This document shows, piece after piece, positions 39,712 through 52,190 of a DNA stretch of 64,000 bases (positions within the stretch are counted from its first letter, which is position 1; the number at the start of each line of letters is the position of its first letter). The position numbers and the translations under genes are program-made. Origin of the DNA: Pristiophorus japonicus. Taxonomy: Eukaryota. The DNA lies in assembly GCF_044704955.1 (NCBI RefSeq), contig NC_091999.1, positions 53,444,001 to 53,508,000 on the forward strand, written 5' to 3'. Below the pieces are notes generated by a model. The model was not told the origin of the DNA. It ran no database searches and saw only the letters and a program-made list of their open reading frames with translations.

Positions 39712-40290
39712 TCCCCATGTGCCCTTACTGACCACTGTATTATCTGTCCCCATGAACCATTACTGACCAATATATGATCTGCCCCATGTCCCCTTACTAA
39801 CCATTGTATTACTGTCCCCATGTACCCTTACTGTCCATTGTATTATCTATCCCAGTATATCCTTATTGACCATTTTATTATCAGTCCTCATGTACCCTTA
39901 CTGACCATTGTATTATCAGTACCCATGTACCCTTATGACAATTGTATTATCAGTCCTCATGTACCCTAACTGACCACTGTATTATCTATCCCCATGTACC
40001 CTTACTGACCACTGTATTATCTGTCCCCATGTACCCTTACTGACCACTGTATTATCAGTCCCCATGTATCCTTACTCACCATTACATTAATAGTCAACAT
40101 GTACCCTTACTGACCATTGTATTATCAGTCCTCATGTACCCTTACTGACCACTGTATTATCAATCCCCATGTACCCTTACTGACCATTGTATTATCAGTC
40201 GTCATATATCTTTACTGACCATTGTATTATCAGTGCCAATGTATCCTTACTTAGCACTGTACTGTCAGTCCCCATGTATGTTATTGACCT
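39712..40290 (-). repeat. 35-bp minisatellite (continues at 32210-32290 across the ERV)
   Basis: Reverse complement of the 15262-15920 units. Confidence 0.92.
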
Positions 40291-40743
40291 TCACTTAGAA
40301 ATCTATCCTTCCATTTGTTTTATTTCACTTGTGTTACCCCGAGAAGTGAATTGAAAATCTGAAATTACAGAGTTATTTTACATCTCAGCAATAATAGAAA
40401 CTCCCTAAATGAAGCTGCTCCCTTCACATGCATGCTGTGATTCTGTGGACTTAACTATTTCTGCTTTTACCAATAGTGCTTGGTTTTGGATAAAGTTATT
40501 TGATCTGAAAGCCAAGTTGCTTTTAAGATATTTTGCAATTGAAAGTGATGCAAAGAAAAGATTCGGACAACTTTTTTATTCAGTGACTGTGATTAATATC
40601 CTTCAGTGTGCAGTTTAATTGTCTCACTGGAGAGTTCCTTCAGGCTATAAATAGGGATTTTTTTTCAGTCTGTACAGCAACGTTTGACTGAAGTTGTTGT
40701 CTAAAATGAATAGTGTTAATTGGAGCTCACAGAAAGTCAAATC

Positions 40744-43662
40744 ATGTTCTGGGAGATTCCAAATGAGCTTTGGATCTTGTGGGCATTTTTCAATGTAGAA
40801 CTTATTTATTACCCGCTCCTCGCTGCTGTTGGTGTTCCTGGTGAGTCCTTCATCTGCAATTAATTATGTAACCCATGTTTCACTGTATTTTTTGTCCTTG
40901 TTCTTTAGTTCTCGTTATTAATTGTATTCAATTAAAACTCTTGTTCTGTGTCTGGCAATGCAAAGAAGTTTCTGTCATGTAATGTTCGATCATTTGCTGA
41001 CTCGCTGCTCCCAGTTCAATGAACAGTATGTTGTTTCCACAATTTAAACCTCTTGTTCTGTGTCTGGCATTGCACGGAAGTTTCTGTCATGTAATGTTTG
41101 ATAATTTGCTGATTCGCTGATCCCAGTTCAATGATCAGAATGTTGTTTTCACAAACTAAATCTCTTGTTCTGTGTCTGGCAATGCACAGAAGTTTCTGTC
41201 ATGTAATGTTTGATAATTTGCTGACTCCCTGCTCCCAGTTCAATAAACAGTGTGTTGTTTCCACAACTTGCTTCCAGTGATCGTGCTTCACAGGATTTGA
41301 CAGAAATTTGATTTTATTGACACAAGATATGTTAGTGAACGATTATATTATTGAACAGCTTGCAGTCAGCTTGCTGCACTGATGCCCAGTGTTGGATAAT
41401 AAATATGTGTTCAGAGGTAACAAGTGTTTTAAGTACCGCTGGTTATTGTTAATGACACTGATCTGTGGAAATCAGCGTTGAGAGATCCTTCACAAATACA
41501 CTGAGATATGAGACATTATTCACTAATGATTCAGCTATAGACAGTTGTCGTAATTTCCACCGCCTCCTGCTCTGCCTCACAGTCACTAATTCCAGATGGT
41601 CAGGACAGGGTTAAAACTGCAATACGTCTTCCAGTAAAATGTTTATTCAGTTGTGTTTGAATTGATTTATTTCCCTTGTTCAGCCACAGTTCAGGAGAGC
41701 TCGGGGTGGGCCACACAGTAGCAACTATTCAAAATGTAGCACTATATTGTGAAATATTTTGATATTTCCAGTATCAAACTCTTTGTCAACTGGAAGTCTG
41801 TAACGTTCTCATACCAGGTGACAGGCAGCTGGTTGACACGGTTCCAGCTGTAAACAGACACGTTCGAAAATCTTCTGTGACATCATATAACATGGGTCAT
41901 CATCAGTCTATTGTAAAGTGACAGTCCCTTCTTTAAAGATTATTTTCAATATTGTTGGAAAGTGTACTTTCAATATAATGGTTGTAAAGGTTCTGATTTC
42001 GACACATAATACAATTCAATTCATCTTCTTCAGCCTACAACACAACCGCAGTAACCTCACCAAAGACTCCATTCCCCTCTCTGGCCACAGATTGCATTCC
42101 CCACCTTGGCCACAGACTCCATTCCCCTCCCTGTCACAGACTCCATTCCTTTCCTTGGCGACAGACTCCATTCCATCCCCTGGCCCACAACTCCATTCTG
42201 CTCCCTGGAAACAGATTCCATTCCCCTCGCTGTCCCCAGACTACATTCCCATCCCTTGACAATGATTCTATTCCCCTCAATGTACACAGGTTATTCACAA
42301 ACTCGCGGCTTCTTGTGCTGAATTATTGTTACCTCTGACTTGGATATGGCGTTATATCATAGTCTCATTCCGACCTTTACCCACCGGCAAAAGTCCAAAG
42401 CATTAATTCTTCAGTCATGACCCAGCACCCTCACATCACAACCAACGCTTCACTCACTCCCTGTCACAACACCCAAACACCCCATCCACTGGTACATTCA
42501 GTCCAGAGCCAACACCCACACGTCCCATCCATTGGTACAATCAGTCCTTGTCCCGACACCCACACGTCCAATATATTGGTTCTTTCAATACCTGTGCCAA
42601 ACACCACACGACCCATCCGCTGGTGTAATCAGTCCTGACCCAAACACCACACGTCCCATTGGCTGGTTCATTTAATCCTAACTCATTTCACACAAAATTC
42701 TTTGAGACAGCTGTTGTTGCTCTCAATCTGAAATATAAATTCCCTGTTTTTCTCTTTCTTGCAGTGAACTTGGTGACGATAATGATCCTGTCTCGTGGAA
42801 GGTGCGGTCTCTCCAAGTGTGTAAGCCGTTACCTGTTGGCAATGGCAGCAGCGGATCTACTGGTCGTAATCATAGACCTGATATCCAGGCAGATTCCTAT
42901 TCGTTATTGGACCGCGCTTGAGTTCATGTGGAAGATTAAAGTGTGTAATATCCATGCCATCCTGCTTTACGCAGTCACAGACTGTTCCGTCTGGTTCACA
43001 GTTGCTTTTACCTTTGATCGATGTATAGCCATTTGTTGTCAGAAGCTCAAAACAAATATTGCACCGAGAAAACGGCGACTGTGGCTGTGGGAGCATTGAC
43101 TGCGCTGTTCTGTGTAAAGAACACTTTCTGGTACTTTATGTATGAAGGTGTGTATCATATTTCCAATAGTCCCTGGTTTTGTTTTGTTAGATGGAAATTC
43201 TCTGAGTCACTATCATGGGCAATAATTGAATTCCTTCATTATATTATAACATCATTTACTCCATTTGTTCTGATCCTTCTGCTCAATAATTTAACTGTCA
43301 GACACGTTTTAGTGTCGAGCAGAGCCCGCAGGAGACTCCGGGGCCACAGCAGTGGGGAAAGTCCCAGTGACCCAGGGATGGAGAAGCGAAGGAAATCCAT
43401 CATTTTACTCTTTGTTATATCCGGAAATTTTATTTTGTTATGGGCAATGTTTCTGTTGTATTCTGTGGTTAAACGATTGTATTCGTTAAAATTTATTCCT
43501 GTATATCTACCTGAATATGTACAGGAAATGGGATTTATACTTCAGCTCCTGAGTTGCTGCACCAACACATGTATTTATGCCATGACCCAGACGAATTTCA
43601 GAGAGGAGTTGAAGAATGTGGTGAAATATCCCTTTACTGTTATTGTTAAATGCATTAAATAA
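40744..43662 (+). pseudogene. GPR139-like class A GPCR, copy 2 (exon 1 40744-40840; exon 2 42765-43662); one visible frameshift near 43050
   Basis: Exon 1 MFWEIPNELWILWAFFNVELIYYPLLAAVGVP|gtgagt; acceptor cttgcag; exon 2 NLVTIMILSRGRCGLSKC...AAADLL...FTFDR...CTNTCIY...FREEL; ORFs 42659..43099 and 43021..43662 join through a 1-nt indel. Confidence 0.9.
40931..41265 (+). repeat. Triplicated ~112-bp intronic unit
   Basis: ctcttgttctgtgtctggca...ttccacaa occurs three times; single copy in the left arm (~14500-14620). Confidence 0.85.
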
Positions 43663-45922
43663 TAAGAATCACACGATGTGTTGGGCGGGTGTTCTGCCCA
43701 ATCCCCTCATCTCTGTGAGACACACACAGTGAGGCCTGTTTTCATCTTTCACCGCACGGATTCAGCGACTAACAAAAATGACCGAGGTGGGGAAGTCCAC
43801 GGAGATCAGTTCCGCTGGACACCTGCAGGTTTTATTCCCGCTAAGACATTTAGTGCGGGCTGGGACGGATTTATAAAGCTCCCGACCGCCAGTCTCGTGT
43901 CAGATGCGTTTACCCAAAGGGAGCGGCACGGGGAAGGTGGCTCTGTTACTTTTCAGTCCACGGGCGGGCCGCTCAGTCCCCAGCACTCCCAGGGAATGCT
44001 GGGGGGAAATGGCCTGGGACCAAACAACAGCCAGGGAGGGAAGGTTTCAAAAGCTCAAAGGTCAGTGCTTTCATCCTTTTGCAGGCTCCTTGTGTTTTTC
44101 TCCCAGTGGGGTTTAACCTGAGCAGCCCCAGCGCCTGCTGATAGCGACGTGTCCTTGTTTCAGATAATCTACCTTTGGGATTAAAGCGTCTCCTGCAGAC
44201 GGAGTATATTCCAGTAACATTCACCACTGTAACGTTCATTTGTAAGTTTGCCTGAACAATGTGGTGATCTGCAGGATGAAGTATTCCCCGCACACACTCG
44301 ACACACATTAAACTCAGCTCCTCCTCACTCTGTGTAAAATCTCCGAGCTCAACATAGCCTATAATATGCAGTGTTCAGTGAGGGTGGTAACGAGCTTTGT
44401 TACTAGGTATTGCAGTGTGTGTGATGTAATAAAGCGGGGAAACTCGCATGACACTGTGCCTGAGTATTGTGACATCAGAGACCTGCCCTTCTGACCACGC
44501 CCTGGTCTGTGGTTGACCCAGAATCGCATTTCAGACATCCCTTCTCTTCACACATCACTTTACATAGAGTTACTTGATGTCTGCAGCACAGAAATAGACC
44601 ATTTGGTGCTCATGGCTGCAAACTGGTCTTAGTCGGTTCCCCTGAGTTTTCCCTGGGGGTGCTGGAACTTAGCAGCCCGTCTGCTTGTGGACTGCAAATT
44701 TACAGAGCGACCTTCCCCACCCCGACCCTTTCAGCCCAGCAGAGCATGCCAGAGTTTACTCGATCACCACATCCTGATCTTAAACAGAGTGCACAAAGAG
44801 ATTGCTAAACTTGGGAACGTAGAGAAAGTGAGATTCAGTGGTAAGTCCGGGGTGAGTCTGGCTGAGTATTAGCTGTAAGAAGGGAAATTTAGTTTAACGT
44901 TTTGAATTGAACTTAGAACTTTAAAAACAGAAGTTAGCAGAAACTGCCTGTTAGTGATAGTTAACTATCAGTCAGCTGTAAGTGATAGTCTTAAATATGT
45001 GCTAATTACTGTGAGCAATGGGCATGGAGCTGAGACAGCACTTGTAACTTGTGTGTGACTCCAAAGGTATAAAACTAAACACTAACTGCTGATTCACAGT
45101 GCGTTCTGCACAGTGATATGAAATGGAATTTGGTGAGAGTTTGAATGGGAACAGTGGATGAAGGAGGTGCTGCTTTGGCCTCCAAAATACAGCAGGTAGA
45201 TGAACGTTTGGTGAGTATTACCTTTTTTCTCGAAGCTTGGTCCACACTAAGACCTGGGAGCAATACAATACTTTATTAAATTAATAATTTAACTATAATT
45301 ACTAATTAATTAATATAATTATAAATAACCATTGAATAAAAACTAACTGATTAAATTAATTCAGTGTGTAAATAAGCAAATACATTTATAAAAAATAACT
45401 AAAGATGGCAGGGCAGGCAATGAGTCGAGACTGTAATGTGTGTGAGTTTGTGGACATCAAATCTGTCCCACATTCCCACATCTGCAGGATATGTCTATGA
45501 TTTATTCACTCTGGCTCAGCGTAATTGGGCTGGAGTGCGAGTTCGACACACTCTGAAACACACAGGAGAAGTGATTTAATCCAGAAAACAGTCACATCCC
45601 ACAGAAAAGCGCAGGTTCAGGAAAGTCCGTGTCTGATTGGGTGTCGTATAGCGAGAACTGAGGAGAGGCTGAGAATGAGATACTGCTCCTGCCCAACGAT
45701 AAGGATAAAGATTGCGAGTAGGACATCCACAATACATACCAAGGTACGTGGCTCAGAAGGTTGTCCACAGGCAGAGATAGGAAGAAATATTAAACAATTA
45801 CTTTGCATCAGTATTTATCAGGGAGTCAACACAGGTGGACATGACATTGGATGATATTAGAAATGAAATAACTGCATTTAAAATAACAAGAGGAAAATAT
45901 TATATAAACTAATCAAACCGAA

Positions 45923-46684
45923 AATGGAGTTGTGGGCCAGGGGATGGAATGGAGTCTGTCGCCAAGGAAAGGAATGGAGTCTGTGACAGGGAGGGGAATG
46001 GAGTCTGTGGCCAAGGTGGGGAATGCAATCTGTGGCCAGAGAGCGGAATGGAGTCTTTGGTGAGGTTACTGCGGTTGTGTTGTAGGCTGAAGAAGATGAA
46101 TTGAATTGTATTATGTGTCGAAATCAGAACCTTTACATCCATTATATTGAAAGTACACTTTCCAACAATATTGAAAATAATCTTTAAAGAAGGGACTGTC
46201 ACTTTACAATAGACTGATGATGACCCATGTTATATGATGTCACAGAAGATTTTCGAACGTGTCTGTTTACAGCTGGAACCGTGTCAACCAGCTGCCTGTC
46301 ACCTGGTATGAGAACGTTACAGACTTCCAGTTGACAAAGAGTTTGATACTGGAAATATCAAAATATTTCACAATATAGTGCTACATTTTGAATAGTTGCT
46401 ACTGTGTGGCCCACCCCGAGCTCTCCTGAACTGTGGCTGAACAAGGGAAATAATTCAATTCAAACACAACTGAATAAACATTTTACTGGAAGACGTATTG
46501 CAGTTTTAACCCTGTCCTGACCATCTGGAATTAGTGACTGTGAGGCAGAGCAGGAGGCGGTGGAAATTACGACAACTGTCTATAGCTGAATCATTAGTGA
46601 ATAATGTCTCATATCTCAGTGTATTTGTGAAGGATCTCTCAACGCTGATTTCCACAGATCAGTGTCATTAACAATAACCAGCGG
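45923..46684 (-). repeat. Near-identical 762-bp inverted duplicate of 41436-42197
   Basis: ORFs 41918..42259(+) and 45909..46202(-) almost identical; only ~3 substitutions seen. Confidence 0.95.
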
Positions 46685-46739
46685 AGTCGCCATAGAAATG
46701 AGATCATAACCCAGATTGTGACAGTCAGAAGGAGCAGTT

Positions 46740-47300
46740 CCGAAACACCACGGGGAGACAGTCGAAGGAGCTTTAATCAGTTTTTAACCTGGTTGTACCT
46801 GCTCTGACAGTGTTTGATATGACAGCTTTACTCTGGAACTAACCCGTACGTTATCTTATGTGGCAGTGCTTGATAGGACATTGCAGAGATAGCTTTAATC
46901 AGTCTTTAACCTTTTCTTTACAAGGACGTGGAACTTAATTGTGTCCTTCAATATAGCATGATCTTCTATTTAATCAGAGCTTTGGAGGGGTGGTGCGCTT
47001 TAATGGGACAGTGTATTGGAAGCTTTTCATTGTACTCGTCATAATTGTGCTTAATTAATCGGTCAATTTGATAACGCATTTTATGGGGAGACATTTCGTA
47101 GCACATCTCTGCAGTACTTGAGCTGGGAATGTTTGACGGGATAGTACAGATAACATATTACTCTGTGTGCAACACTTGCTATACCTGTCCTGACCCACAT
47201 GGCAGCATAGCGGGAGCTTTGCTCTCTTATCCGTGCTGTATCTGACCTGAGAGTGCTTGATCAGGCAGTGTTCTAGGCACCGTTATCTGCGTCTAACAGA
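46740..47300 (+). repeat. Degenerate ~65-bp tandem repeat (..gtgtttgatgggacagtg..ggagctttactctg..taacc)
   Basis: Recurrent agcttta/gtg.ttga.ggga motifs. Confidence 0.6.
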
Positions 47301-47989
47301 TAGCAGGTAAACTGCTCGTGCCAGATATATACAATAATTCGTCCCATTGCACAGATTAAACAGCGCACATTCTTTGATTTTTGTATTTTTTCTGAAAAAA
47401 TGCCCAATTTTTAATGAGTTATTAATGTTTGAACATTTTGAGCATCAGATTACTAATGAACATGATTGGCCTGATCCTCAGCTCACTTTCAGAACAAACA
47501 GTTTCAGGAAGTGAATAACGCTCCAGAAAGCAGCGCCTGTTCTGATCTGATGGGAGGTTACAAGTTATTTCCACAATTAAAATAGAGAATATCGAGACTC
47601 CCACTTCAAATAACCGTTATGGGGACCTCATGTTTAGAAAAATTATGTTGTCCAATTCTTCCTGAGAAGGTTAAAGGCAGGGAGAAACTGTGACGAGATG
47701 CAGCTATTGGCCTGGGTCACAACACAAGGCACACAGTCACTGAGCTGCAATTCTGTGAAACATTTAAAGAGAGAGAGTCAACCTGCAATAAGTCATCATT
47801 CGCTATGAATTTAAGCCTTTCTAACAGCATGCGATTGACTAATTTGCATCAGATTTATAAGATCCTTTTATTTTAAATATCCTCTTTCATTATAACGAAC
47901 AATAAAAATAGATCTGGTAGAGGTGTCCAAAATATGAAGTGTTTCCTTCAATGAAATCTAGAAGAACTGTTCCCACTCACTCGTGTAGA

Positions 47990-48910
47990 CTGATAGCATC
48001 TCACAGCATTAGAAGAGGCCATTCAGGCATCGTGCTTGAACCGGCTCTGAAAGAGCTGTCCTATTTAGTCCAACTCCCCAAAGTTTTCATTGTAAACGTG
48101 CAAATGAGTCCTCCTGACGTACAGGAGATACTGCCTGGAGCATTCCTGAAATTACCAACCCTCTGTGTGAAAAAAATCACCTTAATTTCACCTTCTGATC
48201 TTTTCACAATTATTTTAAACCTGTGACATTTGGTTACCCACCTACTTTCCAGCGGAACAAATTCTCCCGACTTGGTATATCAAAACCTGACATAATGTTG
48301 AATATCTCTCTTAGGTCTCCTCTTAACCTCTGCTCTAAGGAGAATATTCGAGCTTCTCCAATCTCTCCACATAACTGAAGACCCCATCCCTGGCATCATC
48401 CAGGTAAAAGCCTCCCCTCTACACTCCCCAAGGGCTTGACATCCTTCCTACATTGTGGTGACAAAAAGGTATGCAATAGTCCATCTGAGGCCTAACACGT
48501 GATCTGTAAGTTTAGCATAACCGCCTTGTTTTTGTAGTCAATGCCCCATTTACAAAGTCAAGTATCCCATACGCTTTCCTAACAGCCTTACCAGTTTGCC
48601 CTGCCCCCTTCAAAGATTTGTGATTATATACATCCAGATCTCTCTATTCGTGCATCCCCTCAAAACAATACTATTTAGATTATACTGCCTCTCCAACTTC
48701 CACCCAATGAGCATCGCTTCTCAATGATTCGCATTTAATTGCAATTGCCATGTCCGAGTCCATTTCACTGGTCCATCTGCCTCCTCATAGAATCTGCTGC
48801 TTTCATGCTCACTATAGGCTACGTTACCAGGTTTTGCATCATTTTGAACTTCGAAATTGTATTCCCTGTAACCAAGTCTATGTCATTGTTATATAACAAG
48901 AACAACAATG
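47990..48910 (-). mobile_element. Old CR1 3' fragment
   Basis: gaggccattc 3'-UTR motif and RT C-terminal reverse-complement motifs. Confidence 0.7.
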
Positions 48911-49199
48911 GGAATTTAACATTTAAGGAGTAACTTCCAATTAACCGGATTTTGGAATGGTATTTTATTCAGATTATTAATTGAGTGGCAGGAAGCAGGC
49001 TACTCAAGAGACATGCATTCAATAGGATGGAATAGAGCTCAGATCACAGTGCGCTGAAGGACATCGCTCTCCCTCAAATGCTGAGAAAATAAGGGAGAAA
49101 TTCGATTCAATCGCGGTTCATCAGCAACTTGCATCTTAGAAACTAGACTATGGAAATGCTACCTGTTGAATTATGTGGCAGGCAAGTTTGGAGGGTTTT

Positions 49200-49390
49200 T
49201 TGCTAAAGTCCTAAGCAGGAATTCCGCTGTTACTTTGAAGTGCAGTCACTGTTGTTTTGTAGGGATACACCGCAGGCAATGTGCACAGAGCAAATTTCCC
49301 CAAACTGCAATTAAATAAAGGACAAGAAATGGTGCTGATTGAGAAATAAATGCTGGCCGAAATAACAGGAACACGTCTCTGTTCTGCTAT
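49200..49390 (-). mobile_element. Deu-SINE fragment
   Basis: actttgaagtgcagtcactgttg...gcaatgtgcacag...ttgagaaataaat..tggcc. Confidence 0.55.
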
Positions 49391-49659
49391 TGTATGATCA
49401 AATGAAGGCTTCTTTATTGGCGAGTTGTGTAAAGGTCCTTGTTTATAATGTGATAGAGCTCGGTGATAGAGAGGTGCGTTCCTGACCAGCGCATTGACAG
49501 GTGCTTAAGGTAGAACTGACAGAAGCTCAAATGCCTGTGTAGTCTTTGATGGAGAAACGGTGGAATTAGTTTACTCTGCAGTCAAATTTCGATTTGTTTA
49601 TTTATTTTATAAGCACGGATTACAGAGTCTAACTTGTTCAATGGGCCATTCCTTCCCAG

Positions 49660-49959
49660 TAACACCGACTCCCCCCAGCCTCTATGCACTGCTCTCCTCC
49701 TGTGAACAACCCAGCACCGATGGCTCCATCACGTAGGGCTGTGTGGTGATGTACTACTCCCCTGACATCATCAGCCTTTTCTGGAAGGAAGATAAAGAGC
49801 CGATCACCACTGGATTGAAGACCTACCCGTCATTGCTCAAAAAGAAGGGAACCTACACCCTGAGCAGCCAGTTAACCATCACAGAGTCCGAGGTGGGGAG
49901 CAGCACAATCTGCTGCGAGGTTCGACGTGGTGGGTCGATGTGGAACATCACAATATCAG
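49660..49959 (+). pseudogene. ighm: IgM heavy chain Cmu1 exon with in-frame TAG (49734-49736)
   Basis: TPTPPSLYALLSSCEQPSTDGSIT*GC...[50 protein letters not shown], closely resembling shark IgM CH1; ccag/gt boundaries. Confidence 0.93.
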
Positions 49960-49999
49960 GTTAATGATGTGGGATACAGGGCAAACTGTGATAAGGTGA

Positions 50000-50480
50000 G
50001 AAGTTATGTTCAACTTGTATAAAAACTTGGTTAGACAACACTTAGAGTACTGTGCATAGTTCTGGTCTCCATATAATACTTAGAATACTGTGCACAGTTC
50101 TAGTTTCCTTATCACATTTAGAATATTGTTTACAATTCTGGTTTCCATCTCATACTTAGAATACTGTGTAAAGTTCTGGTCTCCATATCATAGTTAGAAT
50201 ATTATGCACAGTTCCGTTCTCCATATCACAGTTATAATACTGGACAAAGTTCTGTTCTCCATATCACACTTAGAATATTGTTTAAAGTTCTGGTTTCCAT
50301 CTCATACTTAGAATACGGTGTAAAGTTCTGGTCTCCATATCATATTTAGAATAGTATGCACAGCTCTGCTCTCCATATCACACTTAGAATACGGTGCATG
50401 GTCCTGATCCCCATATCGCACTTAGAATATTATGCACAGTTCTGGTCTGCATATTACACTGAGTATACTGTGCACAATTT
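50000..50480 (+). repeat. CR1-derived ~38-bp minisatellite (cacttagaatactgtgcacagttctggtctccatatca)n
   Basis: About 11-12 units corresponding to the CR1 RT motif HLEYCAQFWSPY, preceded by CR1-like EVMFNLYK. Confidence 0.85.
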
Positions 50481-50605
50481 TGCTCTCTGCAAATGCCAGG
50501 TTAGTGTGAATCTGACAGCAAAGCACTAGTTAAAATATAAGGACACTTTGCATTTCTTAATCATTTATTTTGCAAGCAATATCAATAAAATGCCTTCTTG
50601 TGAAG

Positions 50606-50922
50606 GTCCTGAACGGATCATCGTTCCTCCAATTGTTCTCCTCTTGCTAAGCTCCACTGAACAACTCATCAGCAGCAGATATGCAAGCGCCATGTGTTCA
50701 ATCATCGAATTAAGGCCAAAGTCACTGACCGTGAATTGGCTGAAGAGTGGACAACTCCTGGATTCCGGCTTCATCACCTCTCCCGCGTTTGAGATGAACA
50801 AAACGTTTTGACGGCCAGTCGGCTGACACTCCCTGCCAGGGAATGGTTCACCGGCTCGGTCTACACCTGCCAGGTCACTCATGAAGGGGGCACACAAAGC
50901 CGTAACTTCACCAGATCTCAGG
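50606..50922 (+). pseudogene. ighm: IgM Cmu2 exon, frameshifted near 50808
   Basis: PPIVLL...CSII...VNWLKSG...GFITSP / [26 protein letters not shown]; 317 nt between ag and gt. Confidence 0.92.
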
Positions 50923-51049
50923 GTAAGAGGCACAATCCCGGGAGGTTCCAGACCATTCTGAGCGTTGATCTCAGTCAGGACTTTTATTGAAATTAGTAGA
51001 AAGCAGAGGAATATTCCTAATTGCCAATCATGCAGTTTGTGTATTCTTG

Positions 51050-51480
51050 CAATACAATTTTGCCTTTATACAGCGCCTTCAGCGACCACAGACTGAACCA
51101 AAGCGCTTGCCAGGCAATGAATTAAGTTGTGAAATGTGCTCACAGTTGTAATGTACAAAGTGCGGCAGTCATTTAGTGCTCAGCAAGCTCCCACAAACAG
51201 CAGTGTGATAATGACCATTTTTTTTGTTTAGTTTTATTTCTTGAGGGATTAATATTCCCAGGCCACCAGGGAGAACTCCTCTGCTTTTCATTGAAATAAT
51301 TCCAGGGGAACTTTTACCTACACCTGAGAGGCTAGACGGATTCTTGGTTTAACACATGATCCGACAGACGGCACCTCCGACAATGCACCACGCCCCCAGT
51401 ACTGCACTGAGAGACTCAGCTTACATATTGTGATCAAATATCTGGAGTGGGACTTCAACCCACGATCTTCTGGTTTAGGA
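51050..51480 (-). mobile_element. Deu-domain SINE (SacSINE1-like), near full length
   Basis: gacggcacctccgaca.tgca...cagtactgcactg...ggagtgggactt.aaccc is the reverse complement of the Deu core and B-box; tail ttata.agcgcctt. Confidence 0.85.
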
Positions 51481-51669
51481 TTCCTCATTGCTCAGGGTTT
51501 ATTTACCTCGCCAAAAAAGCTTTCCCCTTGCTCTGGTGTCAGGCAGTGAGTGAAGTGTCCTTAGTCTCAGGTATACCCTGAGTTGGCTAATCATATACGG
51601 AATGGCAATAGGAGTCTCGAATCCTTTACTGCTAAATGTCCAGGAACCCACTGCAAGAATGGGCATCTA

Positions 51670-52190
51670 CCCTATTCAGAGTACTGAGCCCAATTCTGGG
51701 CTCCGCACCTCAGGAAGTATACACGTGGAGGTGCTAAACTGCAGGTTTACCCTAATTATACCGGGGCTAATAATGTAAAATGATCAGGTGGCGATTATAG
51801 AACGTTAAGAGATGATCCAATTGAGGTGTTTAAGATGATAAATGGAATTGTATCGAGTAGATATAGAAACATGTATTTAGTTTGATGGGAGAGTCCAGAA
51901 CAAGTAGCAGAACCTTAACATTAGAGCTAGGACGTGCAGAGGTGATGTTAGAAAGGATTTTCTCACAGGAAGAATAGTGCAAGTCGGGATTTCCCTCCCC
52001 AAAAGCTGCTGACACTTGCTTTCAATTGAAAAGTTGAAAACTGAAATTGATAGATTTTTGTTCGGCAAGTTTATCATTGGTTACATAACCAAGGCGTGAA
52101 GATGGTGTTGAGTGTTGATCAGCCATGATCTAACTGGATGGCGGGACAGGATGGATGGGCTGAATGGCCTTCTCCTATTCCTATGTTGCT
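51670..52190 (+). mobile_element. CR1 3' fragment
   Basis: gagtactg..caattctgg, ggggagtccagaacaag, gggctgaatggcct..tcct.ttcctatgtt tail. Confidence 0.75.

Larger units (their letters stand above)
28963..45922 (+). repeat. Right arm of inverted segmental duplication (interrupted by the ERV at 32291-39711)
   Basis: Reverse complement of 9842-18880; paralogous ORFs 29929..30891 vs 16849..17922 and 43973..44308 vs 11488..11808. Confidence 0.95.
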
